A program made the position numbers and the translations under genes. From Pecten maximus (lineage: Eukaryota): 64,000 nucleotides of DNA. Below the pieces are notes generated by a model, which was given only the letters and a program-made list of their open reading frames with translations, did no database searches and had not been told where the DNA came from. The stretch lies in the NCBI RefSeq assembly GCF_902652985.1, contig NC_047021.1, forward strand, positions 15,996,001-16,060,000, given 5' to 3'. Shown here in pieces: positions 1-64,000 of the stretch. Every line of letters starts with the position of its first letter. Within the stretch, counting starts at the first letter, position 1.

Positions 1-16
1 AGCACACTGCTGGGAT
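1..16 (-). CDS. PlexA: Possible start of the next plexin exon (IPAVC...), truncated by the window edge
   Basis: ttattattgctag|ATCCCA, phase 0 as required; plexins continue HY(K/Q)-V/I-P at this point. Only 16 nt visible. Confidence 0.35.
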
Positions 17-180
17 CTAGCAATAATAATCAAAATCCAGCCATCTATTGGTCTGTTGGATAATAAATTCGCTTGTCTTTCACCGAAATGGTCTAGCTTT
101 GCTACCCTGCTGGAATGTAGAAAAGTTTGCATCAGTTCGTAAAGTGCATGTTTGCTCCAAAACTTTATACAAAGTTCCTA

Positions 181-400
181 GTTGACCTAGGAACTCATGT
201 GTATTTTTTGTGATGATTGTTAACCTAGAAACTCATGTGTATTTTTTGTGTTGATTGTTGAATCAGAAACTTGGGTAGTTTTAGTGATGAGTGTTGATCT
301 AGAAACTCATGTGTAGTTTTGTGGATTGTTGACCCAGAAACTCATGTGTAGTTTTGTGGATTGTTGACCCAGAAACTCATGTGTAGTTTTGTGAAGATTG
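181..400. repeat. Degenerate ~37-40 bp tandem repeat
   Basis: About 5-6 copies of gttgacc(c/t)agaaactcatgtgta..ttt(t)gtg..att. Confidence 0.8.
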
Positions 401-517
401 TATCTATCATGTTTTGGCGATATATTGAAAAAAGAAACGATTTAGGGGAAAAGAAAAGATGTTATGCATGATGATATGCATGTACATTTTCTGAACCCTC
501 ATCGAATTTCAGGTTGA

Positions 518-601
518 TCTGACCTCTCCCCGATAGAACATTTATTGGATGAGTTAGACAGAAGGATATGAGGTAGGCTAAACCATCCAATCAGCATCAA
601 G
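518..601 (+). mobile_element. Tc1-family transposase fragment (degenerate)
   Basis: Translates SDLSPIEHLLDELDRRI*GRLNHP, matching the Tc1 SPDL(N/S)PIE(H/N)LW motif around the catalytic E; in-frame stop. Confidence 0.72.
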
Positions 602-770
602 TGACAAGGAAGTGTATCATTACAGCACTAATAACAAGTCTTCCTTCATTTGATATTTGTAATTACAAATATTTAGATGTACAAACTCATTAAAAGAGGA
701 TAGACAATCCTGGTTGTATGTACATCACAGACATCCGTAAGAAATCCGCGTCGTGCTGGTAAATACGTAC

Positions 771-52630
<51,860 letters not shown>

Positions 52631-53069
52631 CTGTAAAATAGCAACAGTAACATTCACAGTGTGACTCTAAAATGGTGCTATCTGAGATATGTATAACATG
52701 TAATTAAATGAGGGGTGCCTATTTGGGCCAACCTGTGTCCCCTTAGTGATTTAAGCATGATCTATTTGCAGGAATAAACTTAAAATCTTCTACATTAAAA
52801 TAAATATCATCAGATTTTGGGCGGGCAAAGTTTTGGGGTCAAAAGTGAGAGTGGGGGTGAGAGGGTTGTGTTAAATGTTTTTACATACTGTAAACTTTAC
52901 CCTTTCCTACAAAATTTCAATCAAATATGAGATTTAAGGAATGTTATGGCTATAGGACTGATCAGTGAAGACAAAGATCGGTGATGACAAAGATCGGTGA
53001 TGACAAAGATCGGTGTGGTCAGAGATTGGATGGAGTTTGGTGGAGACAGTCTTGTCTATCATCACTCAA

Positions 53070-53185
53070 TCTATCTAGAGTTGTTTAATTCCTTGTAACC
53101 ATTATAGCCTATCTAGAGTTGTTTAATTCCTTGTAACCATTATAGCCTACCTAGAGTTGTTTAATTCCTTGTAACCATTATAGCT
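53070..53185. repeat. 38-bp tandem triplication
   Basis: 3 copies of ctagagttgtttaattccttgtaaccattatagc. Confidence 0.85.
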
Positions 53186-53344
53186 GAAACTAGCTATCAT
53201 GTTGTCATGGACCCAAACAGTAACTAGGTCGAAGAGGACTTCTTACTAGACTTCGCACCTGTTACTATCCTGGCCATATTTGGTTGTGTCATACAAAAGA
53301 GAAGGCCTTAGGTGTGACTAATTAATTGTTTATAATTATATAAC

Positions 53345-53770
53345 CACCTAGCAACCATTGAACTCTTCTACCCTAACAACCATTGAACTCTTCTACCCTA
53401 GTAACCATTGAACTCTTCTACCCTAACAACCATTGAACTCTTCTACCCTAACAACCATTGAACTCTTCTACCCTAACAACCATTGAACTCTTATACCCTA
53501 GTAACCATTGAACTCTTCTACCCTAGCAACCATTGAACTCTTTTACCCTAGCAACCATTGAACTCTTCTACCCTAGTAACCATTGAACTCTTTTACCCTA
53601 GCAACCATTGAACTCTTCTACCCTAGTAACCATTGAACTCTTTTACCCTAGCAACCATTGAACTCTTTTACCCTAGCAACCATTGAACTCTTCTACCCTA
53701 GCAACCATTGAACTCTTCTACCCTAGTAACCATTGAACTCTTCTACCCAAGCAACCATTACACTCTTCTA
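53345..53770. repeat. 25-bp minisatellite
   Basis: About 17 copies of accattgaactcttctacccta(g/a)(c/t)a. Confidence 0.92.
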
Positions 53771-56700
53771 CAAACAAATTACCACTAGTTACCTCTTTTA
53801 TCACTTAGTAACATTGTACCTATATCAGTTCTTGTTATAATCAAAACAACTAAAGTTACATCACTTGGACTCAATCATTAATTATTTCAGAAGGAGACAT
53901 GGATGAATTCCAAAGACTGCTGAATTTTGTTACTTTGTTTATATGACTAAGTGACAAAAGCAAACCAAAAGACAAGCATTTTACATATATCAGAGGTGTA
54001 GAGAATAGGTGACTCATTCCATCTAATGTTAAATTAGGAAAGCAGTCCTAACTAAACAGACAATAGATGTATATTTATAGATATCTAATATACTGAATAG
54101 ATGACAAGTATTTCCTTGACCTGGAGTAAAAAAAACATTTGTCTGTGCCAACTGGAGGACAAACATCCAAAGCCTATAATGACTTGGTGTGCTCTTAGAA
54201 ACATTTCCATGACCTGGAATAAGCAACGTCAATCTTCCCTAAAATCCATTATAGCATCAAGCATTTCATCGGCCACTGTAAATCTACCGATATGAGAACT
54301 GGTTTGTACTTCCAGACAACCAAACCTCTTTATAGACGCCAAAACATGTAAATTATTTCCAGTAAGTAGAACTGAAAATGATAACCCTGGAAAAACAGTG
54401 ACAACCTATTTGAATATGTCGGCACCATAAAGACGCGACAACCCTGGTACTTCCAACCTCACAGACAGATCAAGATTTCAACTTGAAAACCCATAATTTT
54501 AACAATAGAAGATTTGGCGGATTTGTGTTGTGTGCCACAGCACGGGGAGATCTGTTTCTAGCCTCATGAGCTTTATTCAAAGTAAATTACAGCACTTTTT
54601 ATGTTGGCGACTTATGCAGCGACCAAAATGATTGCTGCTGAGAGACCTGATCTACTTCCACAATTCCGGAAAACAATCAACAAATATAGACTGTTCGTGC
54701 ATCTCTGAATACAGAAAACCTATAAAACAGGATTATGCCAATAACCACAGTATCCTGGTCAATCGGTACACAAGACAACATCATGCAAGTTGGTTTCAGA
54801 AGCTGTTTTTCATTTCTGATTTAAAAATGTTCTGGTTTTGGATTTCAAAAAAAATACTGCCTCAGAATAACTACTACCTGTGAAGCAGAGTAGTAGTATG
54901 GTAGACTGCAAAAATCCACGGAACAGCTACAAATATCTCTAAGTTATGTTTGCCTGTGTACAATGATCTTGTAGTAAAGATTCTGATTGTCTTTTTACAA
55001 TTTGATGTTAGAATATAAAATATTTCCTGTCAACAAATATATCAGATTTAAAAAGTTGTCTACAAATATCTCAAAATAATGATGACAATAAGATACAATG
55101 TAAAGTGAACGTGTTGATGGAGATGCGAGGATTTTAGTGTTCTACAAAGTCTTCACATCATATAACTCATAGCAAACTACATTGTATAGTCAGCCCTCCG
55201 TCAACATCCCTGTTTACAGTCTATAGGTAACACGTAGTCATCAATTCTCCACATTGAAATCAACTCAAGTGCCAAGAATATTAATATACTTCCATTTCTT
55301 CGAAACAATGATAATATCTGGTTTCCCTGGGGATCGGAGTAAATGTACATTTCATTACTAATCCATTATTCTTCCTTTTCCTGGAAAGCCTCTGAGTATA
55401 TCATCATGGAAACGCTGTAAAATTATTCCTATTTCTAAAACTTCATTTTCTTCTTCTATTCTCCTTTTCTTATAGATATCTACAAGAGTAAATGTGGCTT
55501 TCCCACTTATCAATCAAACACCACATATAGTATATATTGTAGAACAGATGGGGTTACATTAAAGACTAGCAGACTCCAGAATCTCCTGGAAACAAACTTC
55601 CTGTCACTACTTGAGGGCACTGATCTGGTCCTAAATTCTCTGATGACAGATAGAAATACCTATCTTCTTCACATTCCAACAAAATTTAATTTGAGAATTT
55701 GGAAGCTGTCCATTTTTTGGGTCCCTAAGGAAATGTTTGTTGCTTACTCCATTTTGTTATTGTGAGCCAACAAGGCACCAAGTTACAGACATGGTGTAAG
55801 TCATGTCAAGCTGAGACAGAACTCTCAAGTTTCTGGGAATATGTTCCAGTCAAGAGAGATTCCTCGAGTTTCCAGGAAATAAAAGAGAGCATTTAACATA
55901 TACTGTTTTCATCCTATTTCTTGAAGATTCTCCAAATATTTTATACCTTTAAAACTTCAAGCTTTAATAATAATCAGAACCGTCATATAAATGAATTGGA
56001 TACAAATTTACAAACTTGTTGAAAATATTTCTATACATTTAAAGTTCCCTCTATATAGAAAAGCAAACAATCAATTGTTACCATCTGGAGAGGTCTTTAT
56101 GGAGCCAAACGAGACTAACTCTAGGTTGGTATAGGAGGGGACAGCTGACTAGAACTATACAAGGCAAGTTATGAATATGGATGTCGATCAACATCAAATA
56201 CGGTCTATGTAATTCCTATAGGGACGACAATTCTACAGGAACATGTCCAGCAGTGTCAGGGCGACACCGTTATCCTTGGACAGGGTCTAACCAGACAATG
56301 CCATGGTGCAGAAGGATTATGATATACACAAGTCCCTACAGCTAAATGTACTTAAACAAAACATGTCTTTCAGAAAGGCAGCTACTTGTAGATTTTGCTA
56401 ATATTGATCACCGTGAAAACTGGTACAATACTAATCGTACAAAATGTATTACGATGGATCCAGTGGGATATCGTAGAGACTAGGTACCGGCCAACTGTCT
56501 GTGTGTGTTTGGAATTCAAATAGTATGTGGAAAGTCTCCTCCAAGTATCTGGGATGAGATTCCAGGAATAATCTTATATATTAACTGTAGTGTGCAGATT
56601 TGGAGGAAAATCTACACATTTTCTATGATTGTGTACGTTTGAAGCAAGAAGAGAGGCTGCTGGAATTCCCTCGCTCTACAATTGTATAGCTTAAGTGGAA

Positions 56701-57777
56701 GTTCCTCTATAATGGTGTAGCTTGAAGAAGGAGTGCAATCTAGAAGTTCCTCTATAATTTGAAGTGGGAAAGCAGTCTAGAATTTCCTCTATAATTTGAA
56801 GTGGGAATGCAGTCTAAAATTTCTTCTAACTGTTATTGTATAAGTTTGAAATGGAAAGAAATATGACATTAGTTAAACATCCTCAGTTTTTAATCGTATT
56901 TTAACATCTCCATTTGGACAACAACTTGCTATGACCAGTTACCTAATTGATGATTAATCAAATGACTTCACAAAACATAATGCACAATATTTTTATTTGA
57001 TCAATGATAAAATGAATGTATTACACAATGGCTGACTAAGTGTGTAGTAGTGGAGGGTTCCACACAGCTGATCTTATCTCCATGTACCTCAGGTCCCACT
57101 CAAACCACGTCCATGTACACTGACATTAAATCTCCGACTACATCACAATTTCATTTCCATAAATTCCGTTTGCCAGTAACGAGACTGTTGTTATCAACAA
57201 TATTAAATGGGAAATAGATTTGAAAAGCACAAAACGCGTTCTGATACAGAATCTTTTTAACCACTTACATTTTCATTTCCGTTTAAATCTGTTTCATCTT
57301 TTTTTGCAAATTATACAAAAGCATTTGTTTGATATAGATTTTTATACAAAAATATGAATATTTAATAGATAAACCCAACCTAACAACAAAAACATCATGA
57401 TTGGCGGGTATCTCGTGTCAGCCCCAGATTTTACTTCCTATATGCAGAACACTCACAAGATTTTTAATTATATACCAAAAACTTCTCTATATCAATCCTT
57501 AGATGTCTAACTCAGGTGTTACTACAGAACTCGGTATCTTTATACTATTTGTGTCTCCGTCATACTACATAGATTATCATATATAACCTGATATAACAGC
57601 GACACAGTATGGCAGTACCAACATTGTATGTATACTGTGTTAAAGTTCAACTAATTTTGGGATCTTTTCTTTTCTCCTCTTTCTAAACAAGTTTTTCTTC
57701 CCAATGTTTCCCGTAACACTGCCCCACTTTTGACCTTGAGTTTGACCCTTAGTTGAATTAAAGGTAGGTTATTGAGG

Positions 57778-60700
57778 CACCAGAGTCTATAGATTATAGG
57801 TGCTGTCCCCTAGCCAAGACACACCAGAGTCTATAGATTATAGGTACTGTCCCCTAGCCAAGACACACCAGTCTCTAGATTGTAGGTACTGTCCCCTAGC
57901 CAAGACACACCAGTCTCTAGATTATAGGTACTGTCCCCTAGCCAAGACACACCAGAGTCTATAGATTATAGGTACTGTCCCCTAGCCGAGACACACCAGT
58001 CTATATATTATAGGTACTGTCCCCTAGCCAAGACACACCAGTCTCTAGATTGTAGGTACTGTCCCCTAGCCAAGACACACCAGTCTCTAGATTATAGGTA
58101 CTGTCCCCTAGCCAAGACACACCAGAGTCTATAGATTATAGGTACTGTCCCCTAGCCGAGACACACCAGTCTATATATTATAGGTACTGTCCCCTAGCCA
58201 AGACACACCAGAGTCTATAGATTATAGGTACTGTCCCCTAGCCAAGACACACCAGTCTCTAGATTGTAGGTACTGTCCCCTAGCCAAGACACACCAGTCT
58301 CTAGATTATAGGTACTGTCCCCTAGCCAAGACACACCAGAGTCTATAGATTATAGGTACTGTCCCCTAGCCGAGACACACCAGTCTATATATTATAGGTA
58401 CTGTCCCCTAGCCAAGACACACCAGTCTCTAGATTGTAGGTACTGTCCCCTAGCCAAGACACACCAGTCTCTAGATTATAGGTACTGTCCCCTAGCCAAG
58501 ACACACCAGAGTCTATAGATTATAGGTACTGTCCCCTAGCCGAGACACACCAGTCTATATATTATAGGTACTGTCCCCTAGCCGAGACACACCAGTCTAT
58601 AGATTATAGGTACTGTCTCCTAGCCGAGACACACCAGTCTATAGATTATAGGTACTGTCCCCTAGCCAAGACACACCAGTCTCTAGATTGTAGGTACTGT
58701 CCCCTAGCCAAGACACACCAGTCTCTAGATTATAGGTACTGTCCCCTAGCCAAGACACACCAGAGTCTATAGATTATAGGTACTGTCCCCTAGCCGAGAC
58801 ACACCAGTCTATATATTATAGGTACTGTCCCCTAGCCGAGACACACCAGTCTATAGATTATAGGTACTGTCTCCTAGCCGAGACACACCAGTCTCTAGAT
58901 TATAGGTACTGTCCCCTAGCCGAGACACACCAGTCTCTAGATTATAGGTACTGTCCCCTAGCCGAGACACACCAGTCTATAGATTATAGGTACTGTCCCC
59001 TAGCCGAGACACACCAGTCTATAGATTATAGGCGCTGTCCCCTAGCCGAGACACACCAGTCTCTAGATTATAGGTACTGTCCCCTAGCCGAGACACACCA
59101 GTCTATAGATTATAGGCACTGTCTCCTAGCCGAGACACACCAGTCTATAGATTATAGGTACTGTCCCCTAGCCGAGACACACCAGTCTATAGATTATAGG
59201 CGCTGTCCCCTAGCCAAGACACACCAGTCTCTAGATTATAGGTACTGTCCCCTAGCCGAGACACACCAGAGTCTATAGATTATAGGTACTGTCCCCTAGC
59301 CGAGACACACCAGTCTCTAGATTAAAGGTACTGTCCCCTAGCCGAGACACACCAGTCTATAGATTAAAGGTACTGTCCCCTAGCCGAGACACACCAGTCT
59401 ATAGATTAAAGGTACTGTCCCCTAGCCGAGACACACCAGTCTATAGATTAAAGGTACTGTCCCCTAGCCGAGACACACCAGTCTCTAGATTATAGGTACT
59501 GTCTCCTAGCCGAGACACACCAGTCTCTAGATTATAGGTACTGTCCCCTAGCCGAGACACACCAGTCTATAGATTATAGGTACTGTCTCCTAGCCGAGAC
59601 ACACCAGTCTCTAGATTATAGGTACTGTCCCCTAGCCGAGACACACCAGTCTATAGATTATAGGCGCTGTCCCCTAGCCGAGACACACCAGTCTATAGAT
59701 TATAGGCGCTGTCCCCTAGCCGAGACACACCAGTCTATAGATTAGAGGTACTGTCCCCTAGCCGAGACACACCAGTCTCTAGATTATAGGTACTGTCCCC
59801 TAGCCGAGACACACCAGTCTATAGATTAGAGGTACTGTCCCCTAGCCGAGACACACCAGTCTATAGATTATAGGTACTGTCCCCTAGCCGAGACACACCA
59901 GTCTCTAGATTATAGGTACTGTCTCCTAGCCGAGACACACCAGTCTATAGATTATAGGTACTGTCTCCTAGCCGAGACACACCAGTCTCTAGATTATAGG
60001 TACTGTCCCCTAGCCGAGACACACCAGTCTCTAGATTATAGGCACTGTCTCCTAGCTGAGACACACCAGTCTATAGCTTATAGGTACTGTCCCCTAGCCG
60101 AGACACACCAGTCTATAGATTATAGGTACTGTCTCCTAGCCGAGACACACCAGTCTCTAGATTATAGGTACTGTCCCCTAGCCGAGACACACCAGTCTAT
60201 AGATTATAGGCGCTGTCCCCTAGCCGAGACACACCAGTCTATAGATTATAGGCGCTGTCCCCTAGCCGAGACACACCAGTCTATAGATTATAGGCGCTGT
60301 CCCCTAGCCGAGACACACCAGTCTATAGATTATAGGCACTGTCTCCTAGCCGAGACACACCAGTCTATAGATTATAGGTACTGTCCCCTAGACGAGACAC
60401 ACCAGTCTATAGATTATAGGTACTGTCCCCTAGACGAGACACACCAGTCTATAGATTATAGGTACTGTCCCCTAGCCGAGACACACCAGTCTATAGATTA
60501 TAGGTACTGTCCCCTAGACGAGACACACCAGTCTATAGATTATAGGTACTGTCTCCTAGCCGAGACACACCAGTCTCTAGATTATAGGTACTGTCCCCTA
60601 GCCGAGACACACCAGTCTATAGATTATAGGCGCTATCCCCTAGCCGAGACACACCAGTCTATAGATTATAGGTACTGTCTCCTAGCCGAGACACACCAGT

Positions 60701-61170
60701 CTCTAGATTATAGGTACTGTCCCCTAGCCGAGACACACCAGTCTATAGATTATAGGCGCTGTCCCCTAGCCAAGACACACCAGTCTATAGATTATAGGTA
60801 CTGTCCCCTAGCCGAGACACACCAGTCTCTAGATTATAGGTACTGTCCCCTAGCCGAGACACACCAGTCTATAGATTGTAGGTACTGTCCCCTAGCCGAG
60901 ACACACCAGTCTATAGATTATAGGTACTGTCTCCTAGCCGAGACACACCAGTCACTAGATTATAGGTACTGTCCCCTAGCCGAGACACACCAGTCTATAG
61001 ATTATAGGTACTATCACCTAGCCGAGACACACCAGAGTCTATAGATTAAAGGCACTGTCTCCTAGCTGAAACACACCAGAGTCTATAGATTATAGGTGCC
61101 ATCTCCTAGTCGAGACACACCAGAGTCTATAGATTATAGGTGTTGTCCCTAGCCGAGACACACTGGAGTC
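57778..61170 (+). repeat. 42-bp satellite array (~3.4 kb), apparently amplified from a SINE-internal segment
   Basis: About 80 copies of cccctagcc(g/a)agacacaccagtct(a/c)tagattataggtactgt, running directly into a SINE-like body. Confidence 0.93.
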
Positions 61171-61405
61171 TAGAAAATTGGTACTTTTGTTCTCTGCATA
61201 TATTTAGCTTTAAAGCTGGCAGTAAGTACAGACTTGCCCTTCGTCAGTTAAGAATGCGACCAGTTGGATTCAAACACTACCATTTCCATGTGAGGCATTA
61301 CAGTGTGATAGCACTTTAAAAAGTCTTGTTAATGGTGCCATCCATCATGGATATGGTCCTTAAATGACTTTTTTGTGTTAATATGATGGTAAACAACGTC
61401 AAACC
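61150..61405 (+). mobile_element. Degenerate SINE central/3' body (Meta/Nin-domain-like bivalve SINE)
   Basis: gccgagacacac..agtctagaaaattggta...tcgtcagttaagaatgcgacc...cagtgtgatagcactttaaaaag...atgac...gtaaacaac, matching my recollection of the bivalve SINE core layout. Confidence 0.55.
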
Positions 61406-61896
61406 TGAAATCCAGACTGACTGTGATATATAATTTAAGCAGGTTTTTACTTGGTTGTAAATGATCCTACAAAAATCTAGATTTATCATAGTGTTGTGAT
61501 ACCACTTGACTGTGTAATCTACAGCACTCTACCCCCAGGTTTATTTTACAATTCTGGCGTAACATGACACATATACACATTACTTCCGTGCAACAGGTGC
61601 AACCACATCAAAGATAAACCCTGTATCATCTGTTGTTCCTATCACAGCTAGTTGTCAAACACATGTTGTACATCATCTCCCTCTTAAACCACTATATAGT
61701 TTGACAGGCCGAGTCTCATAACCTACGACAGTCTGGAATGTGGGCACCTGAATTCTCTTCTATATAGTTTTTTTCCAATTAGGCATATAATTACCTATAT
61801 TATATATATTTCTTCTTTTCTTTCTTTTTCTTTTTCACTTAATCCACGGTTGGAAAGGCAGCACTAAGTGTGAAAGGAAATTGGGAAATCTGTAAG

Positions 61897-62480
61897 CCAG
61901 TACTGACTAGGTACGGGGACATCAACTGTGACGTTCTCTACTCTCAGTAAACCTGAGTACTGACCAGGTACGGGGACATCAACTGTGACGTTCTCTACTC
62001 TCAGTAAACCAGTACTGACCAGGTACGGGGACATCAACTGTGACGTTCTCTACTCTCAGTAAACCAGTACTGACCAGGTACGGGGACATCAACTGTGACG
62101 TTCTCTACTCTCAGTAAACCTGAGTACTGACCAGGTACGGGGACATCAACTGTGACGTTCTCTACTCTCAGTAAACCAGTACTGACCAGGTACGGGGACA
62201 TGTCCTCTACTCTCAGTAAACCAATACTGACCAGGTACGGGGACATCAGCTGTGACGTTCTCTACTCTCAGTAAACCAGTACTGACCAGGTACGGGGACA
62301 TCAGCTGTGACGTTCTCTACTTTCAGTAAACCAGTACTGACCAGGTACGGGGACATCAGCTGTGATGTTCTCTACTCTCAGTAAACCAGTACTGACCAGG
62401 TACGGGGACATCAGCTGTGACGTTCTCTACTCTCAGTAAACCAGTACTGACCAGAACACATGAGAACATCAGCTGTGACA
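61897..62480. repeat. 55-bp minisatellite
   Basis: About 10 copies of cagtactgaccaggtacggggacatca(a/g)ctgtgacgttctctactctcagtaaac. Confidence 0.92.
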
Positions 62481-64000
62481 GTCCCTTTAACGAGGGAATG
62501 TAATTGTCTTTTGTGTGTGTCTTTGGTAATTGGTGACGTTCTGAGTACTTAGTAACACCCGCCTCCTAAACTAACCCTATATCACAAGGTGGCTGGCAGG
62601 TCCCAGCCTGGTACAAGACTACTTTGGGATCAAGCCAATATTGGGATATGCCACACGTCCACTGGGATCACATTTTAACCCTTACAATATAATGTAGAGG
62701 ACATTAGTGTCCTTTTCTTGACATACACAGAGTAAAAATGATGAATTGAAGGAGAAAAAACTTGGCACATCTTTCAGAAAAGGTCGTCTCACAGCCAATA
62801 CAAGCCAATTGTTTTGTTCTAGATTACATTTGCAAACTAGATTTTCTAATACTTCCAGTAATTACACAATTTTGTAATTAGTTAAAAACCCCAAAATTTC
62901 ATTTTTGTACCAGACAATTGAAATGATGAGGACGTTCTATGAGCACTCAACATGACAAGTCTAGCACCTCGAAAAAAAATTTGATTGAATTCTTTCGGTG
63001 AGGGCTATATTTTGCCATCGCGTGACAACACCTTTTATTTTATAATTCAATCAAAGTAGACTAGCAGAATATTTAAGCTTCTCCCTCTAGTACTCAAGAA
63101 CGCCACACAAAATCCTGGTCTCTTAGAAGCTCTATGCATGCTAGTCACAACAGCGCATAACAAATAAATTCCCAAAAAATATTCTCATATGCTTCAAAAC
63201 AGACCTGACAAATTAGGGAACCCTGTCCCATCATCAGTCTGGTGGAAGACAAGATCAATCGGATACCAAATTAGATTTGTAGTTTCAAGCTTCCATCAAT
63301 ACAATGGATTAAATTGTATTAAAAATCAATGAACATTTCCCGCCATAACCTTTTTTACCACTCCTTGTATAGAATAGATTCAGTAATTAATAACACCTTA
63401 ATATTATCTGCTCAAGAAAAAAGGTTAAATTTATTTTCAAGATATGAAGAGGAACACTATCAGAACACTAAGAGCTTAAAATTTTACAAACTGAAATGCA
63501 GAGAGAAATTTGTAACAATTGAATTTCAATACTGAACTAGAAACTTTAACACGAAGCATTGACATGAAATAATTTAAATAATCTAAAATAATTCAAATTA
63601 CGCTATTTGGAGAGTTCAGCAAAATTTCAAAGGGAGCTCTATATAATTCCTTGTTGAGATTCCTCATCTCAGCTGAGATTTTCTGTCCGTCTCATTAGCT
63701 TTATGTAACATGAGCATTTAACTGGCTCTAATCTGTTGCACCCCCTCCCCACTGTGACACAGGGGAAACTTGACTTTTAAGCTACATGTTAAATAGGGAT
63801 ATCGGACCAGGACCAGAGAGATCCATGGCTTTATAATACATCAGATGAAATCCCCCCTACAGTTATGACTCAGAATCTAAAATGTTGCTGTCAAATTAGG
63901 AAAATGAATTTCCCATAATTGTCAAGAAAAGAAAGAGCCAGAAGAATACCCGTGGTCGCATTTCACATGCATTGTAAGATAGGAGTGTGCCGCACCATAC

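Noticed and set aside
57778-61170. CRISPR-like appearance of regularly spaced repeats here and in other arrays
   Set aside because: Head-to-tail units with no unique spacers, no cas genes, and a eukaryotic intron context.
52631-64000. Further plexin exons (Sema domain, first half of PSI1)
   Set aside because: No exon with plexin-like translation found; they probably lie beyond the window, although a short divergent exon could have been missed.

Overview
AT-rich animal genomic DNA, most likely a bivalve mollusc such as a scallop (inferred from the SINE, Helentron and minisatellite landscape; not verified). The window holds the middle of one minus-strand, intron-rich class-A-like plexin gene. 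I resolved 23 GT-AG exons from 52630 down to 771 (3331 nt, about 1110 codons, phases consistent at every junction). They encode the end of PSI1, the IPT/PSI stalk, the transmembrane helix, the juxtamembrane coiled coil, the first RasGAP segment and the Rho-binding domain. The Sema domain and the C-terminal GAP segment lie outside the window. The introns are full of minisatellites, a Helentron-type element carrying a 155-bp satellite, SINE remnants, a TTAA-flanked MITE and a Tc1 fragment. The most unusual structure is that six of the 23 exons have a tandem array anchored exactly on one of their splice junctions. Each repeat unit re-copies the donor or acceptor, usually with adjacent exon sequence, producing ladders of 4 to about 32 copies of a splice site, some in frame and some leading to premature stops. 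Most long ORFs in the supplied track are artefacts of these and other repeats.
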